The notes below the pieces were generated by a model, which made no database searches, had not been told where the DNA came from, and worked only from the letters and a program-made list of their open reading frames with translations. Below, piece by piece: positions 9,750-19,571 of a DNA stretch of 41,458 bases. This stretch comes from a bacterium (lineage in GTDB: Bacteria; UBP6; UBA1177). The DNA is taken from positions 1 to 41,458 of the forward strand of contig DAOQAY010000001.1 in assembly GCA_035354435.1 (NCBI GenBank), in the 5' to 3' direction. Position numbers and translations under genes: made by a program. The first letter of the stretch is position 1. Each line of letters opens with the position of its first letter.

Positions 9750-11414
9750 TTAGCAATCATTTCTATCTTCTTTCCATGATAAATCCAAATTCGAATATTT
9801 TTGATGTTTTATTAAATAATCAATCGCAATAAACCCCACTGGACTTTTCACAATATTTCTATATTTTTCCACCATTTTATCAGAGAACTGTCCATAAAAC
9901 GCAATATTACTCTCATATCCCGGCAACTTCCCTGATAATCTTAAAAACCACCCAAACAAATCTTTTACAAAATACAATGTTCCTGTTTTTCTGAGAGCAC
10001 CCACCCCCCACTGCATTAAAGCGGTCTCCTTGTGTAACTTTTTGACCGGAGCAGAGACACCCGAAGCCTTTAAAAACATATCATTTACAAATCTACCGTA
10101 AAATATTTTACCTTTTCTTAATTTAAGTGGCGTATTCAGCCAAAAATTAAATAAATCAGAATCATTAAACAAAAACCAATCATACCCCCAATACTCATAA
10201 ACTCTAACAGAGTTGATTATATATTTTGATTGTCTCTCCTGCCATCCCCATTTTTCACAAACATCAGCCAACGCTTCTCCCGACCTTACCTTTTCTTTTT
10301 CCAAAAATGACTTTATTCTCTTCTGCCACTTTTCATTCCCTGTAAAAAAAGTATTAGACAAAGAAATTAGCGAATAATGCTTATTTAATATTGCACTGAC
10401 GAACATATTTTCATTGAATTTATGCAAATAGAAAGCCTCTTGTGGAATTGTACTACCTGAAATAAAACCGATTATGTGTCCGGGCACAAAAATTGCGTCA
10501 TTATTAATCAGTCTTTTTTTCTTTAGTTCCCATACAGCAGGCCAATCCTGAGCATGTGGCAAAATTGACCAACCTGAAGCCATTGAATAATAATCATGTC
10601 TTTCCTCAGTATTCCACCATTCACGCCACAATTCTTTGCTATATTTAATAAACAGCCATGGATAACTAAGATTTTCAGCAACAAACCTGCTGGTTTCAGA
10701 TTCGGGATTATTTTCAGTACCATAATTTAAACAAATTACATCCTTGTAATTCACAAGTTTTAACATTGAAACAATCAAGCGAGAATCAAAACCAGACGAA
10801 AGCGGAATTATTATCTGTCGACCATTAGCATAATTAATAAGTTTTTTAATTGAGTTTAAGGTAGCTGAGTATAACCTGTCATATAAAATCTTTTCGTTTG
10901 TTGTCTCATTCTCAGTTTTATGCTGAAACCGAAAATATCTATTGTTTATAATTTCTGGAACAGTTCCATTCTCTTTAACAATAAGATATTCTCCAGCAAG
11001 AAGCTGCTTAACATCAGGGAAAAGGGTATCTTTGCCAGTAACATATCCTGTCAGTAAAAATTCTTGTTCAGCGAAATGATTCATTTTTGAATCATTCATC
11101 TGAAGACGAATCCACTCCGCATCATCGCTAATAAAAAAACTTTTCTCTGTCTTACCGTAAAATAATGGAATACTTCTAAATCTATCAACAGCAGCAAATA
11201 AAAAGTTTCCATCATTTACAATTATTGAGTAACTTCCGCTTAGTTTCAGCAGTTTGTTTTCAAGAATTTTAAAATCTCGGGTGTTTTCAAAAAAAGAAAG
11301 AACATTTTTGGCATTGATAACGCTACAACTTTTATCAAATGCCATTCCTGTAAAATAACCAGGCCCTTCATTTATCCATTTTCTATATTTATTTTCTAAA
11401 TTTATTCTCAGCAT
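9750..11414 (-). CDS. Asparagine-synthase-family (PP-loop) amidotransferase-like protein lacking the N-terminal catalytic Cys
   Basis: The PP-loop-like IIIPLSSGFDSRLIVSML corresponds to the SGGxDS motif of AsnB. The N-terminus MLRINLE lacks the MCG start of class II glutaminase domains. The ATG at 11414 shares one base with the TGA of wzx. The track start at 11417 is a TTG one codon upstream. Confidence 0.7.
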   Translation of the reverse strand: MLRINLENKYRKWINEGPGYFTGMAFDKSCSVINAKNVLSFFENTRDFKILENKLLKLSGSYSIIVNDGNFLFAAVDRFRSIPLFYGKTEKSFFISDDAEWIRLQMNDSKMNHFAEQEFLLTGYVTGKDTLFPDVKQLLAGEYLIVKENGTVPEIINNRYFRFQHKTENETTNEKILYDRLYSATLNSIKKLINYANGRQIIIPLSSGFDSRLIVSMLKLVNYKDVICLNYGTENNPESETSRFVAENLSYPWLFIKYSKELWREWWNTEERHDYYSMASGWSILPHAQDWPAVWELKKKRLINNDAIFVPGHIIGFISGSTIPQEAFYLHKFNENMFVSAILNKHYSLISLSNTFFTGNEKWQKRIKSFLEKEKVRSGEALADVCEKWGWQERQSKYIINSVRVYEYWGYDWFLFNDSDLFNFWLNTPLKLRKGKIFYGRFVNDMFLKASGVSAPVKKLHKETALMQWGVGALRKTGTLYFVKDLFGWFLRLSGKLPGYESNIAFYGQFSDKMVEKYRNIVKSPVGFIAIDYLIKHQKYSNLDLSWKEDRNDC

Positions 11415-12823
11415 CAAAAAAAACTCCTTACAGCAACCGATAAAAAATACTGTAATAAATAAATAGGAACAATAATCAGAAATATACTGGTCAAAATTTT
11501 AATCGCATTGACATTGGCAATTTGCAAAACCCTAATACACATTACGAGCCACAATACTGCTCCCAAGATCGAAAAAAGTATTATTACTTCATAATCAGAA
11601 AAAGCATAATATGCCCCGAATGCAATCACTCCTATCCTAGAAAGAAACATAACAATATTAAAAAAAAGATGCTCCAGCTGTTTTTCTAGTATCAGATAAA
11701 CAGTGCTAAGAGGCGAAGAGACAAAAACTAAAACCAGCCAGATAGATATCCATTGTGCGTATCTTCCTGCTTCAACCCACTGTTCGCCAAACACAAATGA
11801 GAATAAGATATCGCCATAAAAAGTAATAATGGACATACTGAAAGAGCCAAGTATTAACAATTTTTTGGAAATTTCCAATGTAATACGACCGAGTTCTTCA
11901 GGATTTTCCCTTACTCTAGCAGCTCTTTCAAAAAACACATCCCCGACACTTCGCCCAATTAAGGACATCGGCAAACTCAATACTCTGTGGCTTAAAGCAT
12001 AATATCCGGCAGCAGCTGGAGAAAAAAGTGTTGCGAACAACACAACTGGTATTTGTGTAGATGCGGTGTTAAGCAATCCAGCCCAACTGCTTATCAGAGG
12101 AAATTTTTTATATCTTTTAGATACAGATACTAAATCTTTATATGATGGGAATTTCTTTTTGTTGAATAAGGCTGCTTTTTCTGACCACAATAGACGGATA
12201 GCACGAAGCACATAGCCAAAAAGCGTCCCAATAAATAGTCCTGACACTCCGCTTTTCAGAATCCCCAAAAAAATTTTTATCCCATTTGCTCCGATCTGCT
12301 GAGTAACTTGAGTAGCTGCCAGAACCTTGAAATGACGATTCCTTATCGCAAAACGGTTCATAACATTTTCTATTCCTATTAGAAAAACCATCAAACCTAT
12401 TATATTAAGCCAGCAATCAGGAACATTCGTTAACCCAATATAAGGTGCTATTTTATGACCAAACAATGCAAGAACACCAGTTAATATCAATCCAGAGATC
12501 CCTGCAATAATCACTCCTAAAATTACGACTGCAATAGCTTCACTTTCTTTTTCAGGTAAAACCACTGCAAGTTCATATCTTCCAGAAGCAACAACACCAA
12601 TTATCATAACTATGCCCAGCAAGCTCGCAATAATGCCCATTTCTGATGGCGTGTAATATCTTGTCAAGATTGGAGATGCGGCAATAGTTACTGCCTGAGC
12701 AATAACCGTCCCCGATGTTATTGTTAAGACATTGTGCAGAAAGCTTTTCTCATTTCTTGTTTTGTTAATATACTCGCTTATCTTTTCTTGAAAAGTAAAT
12801 GTGTTAAATTTGTTTTTTATCAT
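11414..12823 (-). CDS. wzx: Polysaccharide flippase (Wzx, MOP superfamily)
   Basis: 469 aa with about 12-14 hydrophobic helices. Typical Wzx layout and context. Confidence 0.8.
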   Translation of the reverse strand: MIKNKFNTFTFQEKISEYINKTRNEKSFLHNVLTITSGTVIAQAVTIAASPILTRYYTPSEMGIIASLLGIVMIIGVVASGRYELAVVLPEKESEAIAVVILGVIIAGISGLILTGVLALFGHKIAPYIGLTNVPDCWLNIIGLMVFLIGIENVMNRFAIRNRHFKVLAATQVTQQIGANGIKIFLGILKSGVSGLFIGTLFGYVLRAIRLLWSEKAALFNKKKFPSYKDLVSVSKRYKKFPLISSWAGLLNTASTQIPVVLFATLFSPAAAGYYALSHRVLSLPMSLIGRSVGDVFFERAARVRENPEELGRITLEISKKLLILGSFSMSIITFYGDILFSFVFGEQWVEAGRYAQWISIWLVLVFVSSPLSTVYLILEKQLEHLFFNIVMFLSRIGVIAFGAYYAFSDYEVIILFSILGAVLWLVMCIRVLQIANVNAIKILTSIFLIIVPIYLLQYFLSVAVRSFF

Positions 12824-12836
12824 TAATTATCATTTT

Positions 12837-14948
12837 TTATGAAAAAAAAACGGTGAAAATGCGCTCTCGAAGTTTTTCCTCTACCATTTTTGAAAACTTA
12901 GAAAATTTCTCGATCTGAATTAAGCTGGTCTTGTCTTTTTGTATGAAATAAAATATTGAATCAAATAAATCAGTTAAAGCATACAAACAAGAGTGATGAG
13001 AAGAAGAAATAGCAACAATGATTTTTTTATATTTTGATTCGATTTCCATAATAGTCTGCTTAAAAATCTCTGATTTAAAAACATAAGCAAAATCGCCGTC
13101 GTCATCTACTCTCAATATAATAATATTACCATCTATTTTTTTAGCTGAAAATTCATGTAAAGACAAACCATTGCCTTTAGAAATAAAAACTGCAGCAGTT
13201 TCAGCATCTACTATTTGATTAATCAATTGCGAAAAGTCATTGTCATCATCTGGTGAAAAAAACAAACCTTTTCTCATCGGAATCATACTGTCTTTAATTC
13301 TCATAACAAATTCTTTTTTTGTATCATCGTAACTTTTATTAGTTTTAATTATTACAGGATTAATAAAATATTTATTAAGTTCTTCAGAGTTCTTTATTTT
13401 TACTCTGAATACTTCTTTTATAAAACAAATGCTTAATGAAAAAAGAAAAGACAGCAAAAACATAACGATCACATTAATCACAACGCTTGGAGAATTTTTA
13501 ATGACATCGGGAGTTGAAAAATCAATTACCTTTACTGGAGGAACTCCTGTTTTTTTATCAATTGTGCTCTCATATAGTTTTGTTGTAAGGGCTACATAAA
13601 GCTTTTCTGTAAGCTCTAGATCTTTTTTTAAAGCCTCTGTTTGAATATACTTTTTAGGAAGTGTTTGAGTATCTTTCATGATTGTACTTATAGCGTTTTC
13701 AAGAATATCTACTCCATTTTGCATAGAAGTTCTTTCCTGTTTTAAAACAGCTTCAATATTCTTTTTAGATTCTATAATACTTTCACCGAGTGCAACAATA
13801 TCGGGGTGGCTATCTGTCAAATTTTTTCTATCAAAATCTCTTCTAGATATAAGATCATTATGCAAAGCAACCATTTTAACAAGAGAAAGATTGTCTGAGA
13901 GGTAGGATATTGTGATTGACGATGGGTCTTCAGCGTTTAACTCTTCAAGTGTTTTTCCAATGAGTTTTTGTTTCAACTTTAACAATTCGATTTGAGTTCT
14001 AATTTCTTCAATTTTCTTTACAACTGATTCAAATTGAACAACAGGCATAAATGTGTTATTCTCCTGTTGAAAAATAACAAGAGTCTCAGCCTTCAACAAT
14101 ATTTCATTCTTAACACCGTCGAGTATTGTAGAAATATAGTCCTTCTTCGATTTGATTTCATTTTTATCCCAATCCTCTTGAATAGATTCATATACTTCTA
14201 TAAAATTGTCTAAAACCATAGATGCTGTATATGGATTTTCATCAAAATATTGAAGATTGATGTTGTTAGTCCCAGTTAGTGATTTAGCAGAGAATTTTTC
14301 TGGCAATTCTAATCGTGTTTGAATTATGGAAACATATTCAAGATTATAGGCAGATTCAATAAGCTCACCAATTTTATCTAAAACCAGTTTTTGAGAATCT
14401 ATTTCACATGGAATATTCCAAAAACATTCAATTTCCTTACCGTTTACGGTTAAATTATATGAGTCATTATTAACAAAAAGGTCAAAAGATTCTTTTTTTA
14501 ACACATCTGGAAAACTCACCACTTTGATACAACCTGAAACTCCTTTTATTCCGCTAATAACATCAATTATGTAGTAAAACATTGAGTTATTCTTTTTTTT
14601 AATAGTAACTTGAAGATTAAGATTGTTAATAACTTTATCAATTACAAGTCTACTGTTGAACAATTCTTCATTAGCTATCATCGATGAAGATGCCTCAACA
14701 CCCATCATAAAAGACATCGGATTTAAGCTTATTGAATCAATATTATCGATAACTTCAATTGAGGCATTAACTTTGTAGACTGGTTTTTGTAAAAAAAGAA
14801 AAAACAACAATAAAACGAAAAAAAAACCGCTGGTATATATACCAATTGATTTCCAATTATCCGACACAAATAAAATGATATCTTTTATCGTAATTTCTTT
14901 AATTTCCATCTCACTAGACTCGTTGTTATCATACTTTATTTTTGTCAT
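12837..14948 (-). CDS. Polysaccharide co-polymerase (Wzz/PCP-2-like) with a degenerate cytoplasmic kinase-like C-terminal domain
   Basis: Transmembrane segment 1 is IGIYTSGFFFVLLLFFLFL. A long coiled-coil-rich periplasmic region follows, then transmembrane segment 2 (VVINVIVMFLLSFLFSLSICFI) and about 190 aa of cytoplasmic tail. I prefer ATG 14948; the track start at 14966 is a TTG. Confidence 0.7.
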   Translation of the reverse strand: MTKIKYDNNESSEMEIKEITIKDIILFVSDNWKSIGIYTSGFFFVLLLFFLFLQKPVYKVNASIEVIDNIDSISLNPMSFMMGVEASSSMIANEELFNSRLVIDKVINNLNLQVTIKKKNNSMFYYIIDVISGIKGVSGCIKVVSFPDVLKKESFDLFVNNDSYNLTVNGKEIECFWNIPCEIDSQKLVLDKIGELIESAYNLEYVSIIQTRLELPEKFSAKSLTGTNNINLQYFDENPYTASMVLDNFIEVYESIQEDWDKNEIKSKKDYISTILDGVKNEILLKAETLVIFQQENNTFMPVVQFESVVKKIEEIRTQIELLKLKQKLIGKTLEELNAEDPSSITISYLSDNLSLVKMVALHNDLISRRDFDRKNLTDSHPDIVALGESIIESKKNIEAVLKQERTSMQNGVDILENAISTIMKDTQTLPKKYIQTEALKKDLELTEKLYVALTTKLYESTIDKKTGVPPVKVIDFSTPDVIKNSPSVVINVIVMFLLSFLFSLSICFIKEVFRVKIKNSEELNKYFINPVIIKTNKSYDDTKKEFVMRIKDSMIPMRKGLFFSPDDDNDFSQLINQIVDAETAAVFISKGNGLSLHEFSAKKIDGNIIILRVDDDGDFAYVFKSEIFKQTIMEIESKYKKIIVAISSSHHSCLYALTDLFDSIFYFIQKDKTSLIQIEKFSKFSKMVEEKLRERIFTVFFS

Positions 14949-14986
14949 ACTGTATCCACGAAACAATAAATAAAAATCTACGGTGA

Positions 14987-15015
14987 AACATACTCAAAAC
15001 CCTTCCAGTTGTAAA
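14987..15015 (-). promoter_or_regulatory. Candidate internal sigma70-type promoter in the largest gap of the gene array
   Basis: The minus strand reads TTTACA (15015..15010), a 17-nt spacer, then TATGTT (14992..14987), upstream of the PCP gene. This is pattern match only. Confidence 0.25.
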
Positions 15016-15025
15016 GAAATATACT

Positions 15026-16111
15026 CTAAATGTCAATAACAGATTTAAGCTTTTTAAAAAGCAGTGCAGATATTCTGTCCCGGTCAAAATCTTTAGCCGT
15101 ATTTAAGGCACTATCTCTCAATCTCATTTTCTCAACTTTTGAAAGGCTCATATATTTCTCGATCTTTTCTGCAAGATCTTCACTGCTCCCTTTTTCAAAG
15201 AAAAACCCGTTTTCGTTATCTGCAAGATATTGTGAAATTCCACCTATATTTGAACCTATGACAGGAGTTCCGCACGCCATTGCTTCAAGTCCGACAAGAC
15301 CGAGACTTTCACTGTATGAAGGAAAAATGAAAACATCCAATGAATTGAAAAAACCTGGAAATCTGCTCTGTTCCGTTGTTTTTATAAATGTGATATTTCC
15401 TTCAAGGTTCAGATCAGAAATCATTTTCTCCGCCTGTTTTTCATCAGGACCGCTTCCTGCTAATAGAAATTTATGATCTTTTACAACACCTTTCTTCTTT
15501 AATAAGTCCAATGCGTTAATAAAAACGCTCCAACCTTTTTCCGGGCTTATTCTGGAAATAAAACCCGCTGAATATTCCTTAATGCCTGCCGGATTATCAT
15601 CGGCCATTTTAAATAAGTTGAAGTCTACTCCGCCTGACGGGGAGACAAAAACAGATTCCTCGGAAATGTGAAATTTATCACAGACCTGTTTTTTCAGATA
15701 GTCTGAAGGTACAACTGTCAATCTCACGGTTTTCATTACTCTAAACAGCAATTTATCAAAGAAATTAAGAACTTTCGAGTCACCAGGCTGAAGATCTGTT
15801 CCATGAAAATTAACTATCACAGGTTTTATGAGAAAAAATGAAAGGATATAAAGAAGCGGAGCGAGATGAAGAGGATAGTGAAAATAGACCGCATTGCATC
15901 TCTTAAAAAGAAGACTGAATACTGTACATATATAAAGTTTTCCATACTTGAGAGCTTTCTTGAATTTTTTCGGTTCTTTTCCCTTTATCAGGCACATAAA
16001 TGTAAATTCCACTCCTTTTTTCGAAAGAGAATCTGCCATTCCCTTAACAAAAATCCCGTATTTCCTGTCATTTTCAGAAGGATACATATTTGAAACAAGC
16101 CCGATCTTCAT
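15026..16111 (-). CDS. Glycosyltransferase family 4
   Basis: Contains SYSESLGLVGLEAMACGTPVIGSNIGGISQYLADNENGFFF, a GT4 signature region. Confidence 0.85.
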   Translation of the reverse strand: MKIGLVSNMYPSENDRKYGIFVKGMADSLSKKGVEFTFMCLIKGKEPKKFKKALKYGKLYICTVFSLLFKRCNAVYFHYPLHLAPLLYILSFFLIKPVIVNFHGTDLQPGDSKVLNFFDKLLFRVMKTVRLTVVPSDYLKKQVCDKFHISEESVFVSPSGGVDFNLFKMADDNPAGIKEYSAGFISRISPEKGWSVFINALDLLKKKGVVKDHKFLLAGSGPDEKQAEKMISDLNLEGNITFIKTTEQSRFPGFFNSLDVFIFPSYSESLGLVGLEAMACGTPVIGSNIGGISQYLADNENGFFFEKGSSEDLAEKIEKYMSLSKVEKMRLRDSALNTAKDFDRDRISALLFKKLKSVIDI

Positions 16112-16127
16112 TTTTTATCCGCTGATA

Positions 16128-17231
16128 TCAGATATTTTTTAAAATAGTTTCAATAATATAATCCTGATCTTCCCTTTTCAGAAACGGTCCCATCGGAATA
16201 CTTAAAATATGATCGCCTGCATATTCAGAAAGAGCAAAATCACCTTTTTTATATCCGAGTTGTGAATACGCTTCCTGCAGATGGAGTGGTCTCGGATAAT
16301 GAACTGCTGTCGGAATTCCGTTTTCATTGAGTTTTTCAATGAGCTTATCTCTGTTTTCAACAAGAATGGAAAATTGTGCATAGACAGAAGTACGGTCTTT
16401 ATTGATATACGGAATGGTAATTTTCCCGTTTTCAGACAAATTCTCTGTATAGTATCTGCCGATTTCCTCCCTTTTCTTCAATTCATTTTTCAGATATTTC
16501 ATCTTTACATTCAATACTGCCGCCTGAATTGTATCAAGCCTGCCGTTTATGCCGATATACTTGTGAAAATATCTTTTTGTCTGGCCGTGAATTCTGAGAC
16601 TCTTCATTTTTTCAGCAATTGCGGCATCATCTGTAAAAAGAGCTCCGCCGTCACCGTAACAGCCCAGCGGTTTTGACGGAAAAAAGCTGGTGCATCCAAT
16701 TTTGGAAAGGTTGCAGCTCATTTTATCCTTATATTTTGCACCGAAACTCTGACATGCGTCTTCTATGACCGTTATGCCGTATTTTAATGCAATGGCATTT
16801 ATTTCATCCATGTCGGCAACCGTTCCGTACAATCCCACAGGAATTATCGCTTTTGTATTCCGTGTGATAGCTCTTTCTATAAGTCTGTGATCGATATTGC
16901 ATGTCTTTTTATCTATGTCAGCAAAAACCGGTGTTGCCCCGAGAAGTGTGATGACCTCTGCTGTGGCAATGAAAGTGAATGGTGTTGTGATAACTTCATC
17001 GCCGGGACCGATATCAAGAGCCATTAAAGCAAGCAAAAGTGCATCAGTACCGCTTGCACAGCTTATGGCATAAGGCGACCCTGTGAATTCAGAAAGATTC
17101 TTTTCAAGTTCAGCAACCTCTGAACCCATTATGAAAGCTGCTCTTTCACATACATTTTCAATCGCTTTGTCAATTTCATCTTTATATTCCAGATATTGTG
17201 TTTTCAAATCAATAAATTCAATTTTCCTCAT
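16128..17231 (-). CDS. DegT/DnrJ/EryC1/StrS-family PLP-dependent sugar aminotransferase (WbpE-like)
   Basis: Contains SGTDALLLALMAL, GDEVITTPFTFIATAE, FFPSKPLGCYGDGGALFT (PLP lysine in SKP) and GINGRLDTIQAAVL. Confidence 0.9.
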   Translation of the reverse strand: MRKIEFIDLKTQYLEYKDEIDKAIENVCERAAFIMGSEVAELEKNLSEFTGSPYAISCASGTDALLLALMALDIGPGDEVITTPFTFIATAEVITLLGATPVFADIDKKTCNIDHRLIERAITRNTKAIIPVGLYGTVADMDEINAIALKYGITVIEDACQSFGAKYKDKMSCNLSKIGCTSFFPSKPLGCYGDGGALFTDDAAIAEKMKSLRIHGQTKRYFHKYIGINGRLDTIQAAVLNVKMKYLKNELKKREEIGRYYTENLSENGKITIPYINKDRTSVYAQFSILVENRDKLIEKLNENGIPTAVHYPRPLHLQEAYSQLGYKKGDFALSEYAGDHILSIPMGPFLKREDQDYIIETILKNI

Positions 17232-17259
17232 GAAATATTCTCCTTAAATTGGAAACATG

Positions 17260-18039
17260 TTACTTATATATAATTGTCGAAAAATAATCCAGTCCTTCGC
17301 TAAGATTTTTTTCATTAAAAATCCTGCATTTTCCTTTTGAAACAACTGTTTCTATTTTAACCACTCTCGTCGGACTGCCTTTTAATCCGATATTTGAACT
17401 GTCACAGCCGGCATCTTTTGCGCTCAGTACTGTTATTTTCTTTCTGAAAGCCCTCGAAACATCATCAATGGACGGCATTCTCCTGATGTTTGAACCGCTT
17501 CCTACAGTTATCAGTACCGGCAATTCCGATCGCAATGTCAGCAATTCATTCTCTATTTCAGACCTGACTTCCAGATATCCGTCTATGCAGTTCACTTGAG
17601 TCACATAAGGGAGAACCGGAATATTTAAAATAGAAGAAACTTCTCCTGGAACTTGAGCGGTATCACCGTCTACTGCCTGCTTTCCGCAGATTATTATATC
17701 AGGAACACCGGTTACAGCCAGAATTCCTCTGGATAAAGTATATGCAGTAGCCCGGCAGTCCGATCCGGCAAACGCTTTATCATTAAGCAGAACCGCTTCA
17801 TCGGCACCGAGGGCCAAAGCCCTTCTCAAAACGATCTCCGAACTTACAGGACCCATTGTAAAAGCTGTGATTTTCACATCAGCAAACCTTTTTTTCAGTT
17901 CAACTGCCAGATCAAGACCGTATTCACAATAAGGGTTCAATATTGACTCTACACCGCTTCTGATAAGCGTGCCGGTCTCGTGATCTATTTTTATCCTGTC
18001 GGTCCTTGGAACCTGCTTGATCAAAACAGCTATGTTCAC
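17260..18039 (-). CDS. etfB: Electron transfer flavoprotein beta subunit, bifurcating-type signature
   Basis: Contains MNIAVLIKQVPRT, NPYCEYGLDLAVELKK and CGKQAVDGDTAQVPGE. The GTG start at 18039 overlaps the TGA of the upstream gene (GTGA). Confidence 0.9.
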   Translation of the reverse strand: MNIAVLIKQVPRTDRIKIDHETGTLIRSGVESILNPYCEYGLDLAVELKKRFADVKITAFTMGPVSSEIVLRRALALGADEAVLLNDKAFAGSDCRATAYTLSRGILAVTGVPDIIICGKQAVDGDTAQVPGEVSSILNIPVLPYVTQVNCIDGYLEVRSEIENELLTLRSELPVLITVGSGSNIRRMPSIDDVSRAFRKKITVLSAKDAGCDSSNIGLKGSPTRVVKIETVVSKGKCRIFNEKNLSEGLDYFSTIIYK

Positions 18040-19571
18040 TTCATCTCCATGTATTCAAACATATTGTTCCTGTTCAACAAATATCCCGGGTCAAAGAAAA
18101 ACTTCACTCTTTTCATTTCAGAAATTCCGTTCTCTCCATACATTTCAACGAGATACCTGTGTTTTATTTTTCCTATTCCATGCTCAGCGGAAACTGTACC
18201 TTTCAGCTCGACAGCATAACCTGCAAGTTTTTTATATATTTCAAAACCCTTTTTCAGATCTTCAACATTTTCAGGAATTATGTTTATGTGAAGATGATTA
18301 TTACCGATATGACCGAAAACGACATAATTCAAACCGCTTCTATCAAGGATATCATGATAAAAAGCCGTCATCATTTCAAAGTTCTCATCCGGTACTGCAA
18401 GGTCTGTTCCGAGCTTGTGAATTTCAGGATATATTTTTTTAATTTCAGAAATATAAGTATTTACCGTTTCAGGAAGAGCGTGTCTGAAAGCCCTTATCCT
18501 TTCGATCTCAATTTCCTCCCAGGCACACCAGCTGAAAGCATCACGCACATTCAGCTTTTCTTCAATTTCATCAACGATATCAGAAACTTCTGCAACACCA
18601 AGTTTGTCAAGAGCTATGTCAAAGAATACTGCCGTTTTAAATTCAGGTTCAATCTCAGGAATGTTTATAGATGATCTGTCACGGTTTCTTTTTTTTCTGA
18701 GCATTTCCAGTCCGCGTTCATCGACATATTCAATAAAAACAGGATCAAGCTCTTTGTTTTTCTTAAGCATCTTGACAAATTCAAGAGCCTTATGTTCGTT
18801 TTTCAGAAATTTGATCATACTGAAAGAGGGATACTTCCTTTCAAGCCATATCTCGACACCTGTAACAATTCCAAGTATTCCTTCAGAGCCGATAAAAATA
18901 TCTATCAGGTCCATATTCTTTCTGGAATAGAGCCCGGCGGCATTTTTACATTCCGGCATTTTTATATCAGGTATCAAAAAATGTTTTCCGTTGATCTCCA
19001 TGGAACCGTTATCATCAGCGAACTGCTCTCCCCTTTTTATAACTGCGATCTCTCCATCCGGAAGAATAATCTCCAAAGATTTTATCCAGTTCCGTGTCGG
19101 TCCGTATCTGAATGATGAGGCGCCGCTTGCATTTGTTGCAACTGTTCCACCTATCGAAGCTCCCATTTCAGTCGGATCTACCGGGTAAAAAAGTTCATAT
19201 CCTGTCATATCAAAATACTCTTTCCTGTGCAGGAACTCTTTGATATCATTGAGCGTAACTCCGGCATCCACTTTAAGAAAGAATTTTTTTGCATCTTTAT
19301 CAAAACTTACAGCACCGGAATTTTTCATCTTTTCAATTGAAATAACAAACCCGCCGAAAGGGACAGCTCCGCCGGTAATCCCGGTCCCTTTTCCATAAAC
19401 TGTGAAAGGAATGATTTCCTGATTGCAGTATTTTACTATCTGTGATGTCTGCAAAGCATTTTCAGGAAAAAAGATCCTTACTGCATTTCCGCCGCTCAGT
19501 CTGCTTTCGTCGCAGAGATATTCTCCGTCAGAACCGGCTGCCCTGTTTGTGATTTCATCAAATATTGTCAT
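18036..19571 (-). CDS. FAD-linked oxidase/dehydrogenase of the GlcD / D-lactate dehydrogenase (VAO/PCMH) family
   Basis: Contains GKGTGITGGAVP, GSEGILGIVTGVE, GHIGNNHLHINI and SAEHGIGKIK. Confidence 0.85.
   Translation of the reverse strand: MTIFDEITNRAAGSDGEYLCDESRLSGGNAVRIFFPENALQTSQIVKYCNQEIIPFTVYGKGTGITGGAVPFGGFVISIEKMKNSGAVSFDKDAKKFFLKVDAGVTLNDIKEFLHRKEYFDMTGYELFYPVDPTEMGASIGGTVATNASGASSFRYGPTRNWIKSLEIILPDGEIAVIKRGEQFADDNGSMEINGKHFLIPDIKMPECKNAAGLYSRKNMDLIDIFIGSEGILGIVTGVEIWLERKYPSFSMIKFLKNEHKALEFVKMLKKNKELDPVFIEYVDERGLEMLRKKRNRDRSSINIPEIEPEFKTAVFFDIALDKLGVAEVSDIVDEIEEKLNVRDAFSWCAWEEIEIERIRAFRHALPETVNTYISEIKKIYPEIHKLGTDLAVPDENFEMMTAFYHDILDRSGLNYVVFGHIGNNHLHINIIPENVEDLKKGFEIYKKLAGYAVELKGTVSAEHGIGKIKHRYLVEMYGENGISEMKRVKFFFDPGYLLNRNNMFEYMEMK

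Noticed and set aside
18159-18674. Long plus-strand ORFs antisense to the gene array. Examples are 18159..18674 (171 aa), 33624..34190 (188 aa), 28928..29416 (162 aa), 21296..21745 (149 aa), 15030..15476 (148 aa) and 34775..35170 (131 aa).
   Set aside because: Each lies entirely inside a minus-strand gene whose product carries unambiguous family motifs. Their translations are low-complexity (rich in S, F, I, L, K), with no recognisable motifs and no ribosome-binding sites. They are typical shadow ORFs of AT-rich DNA.
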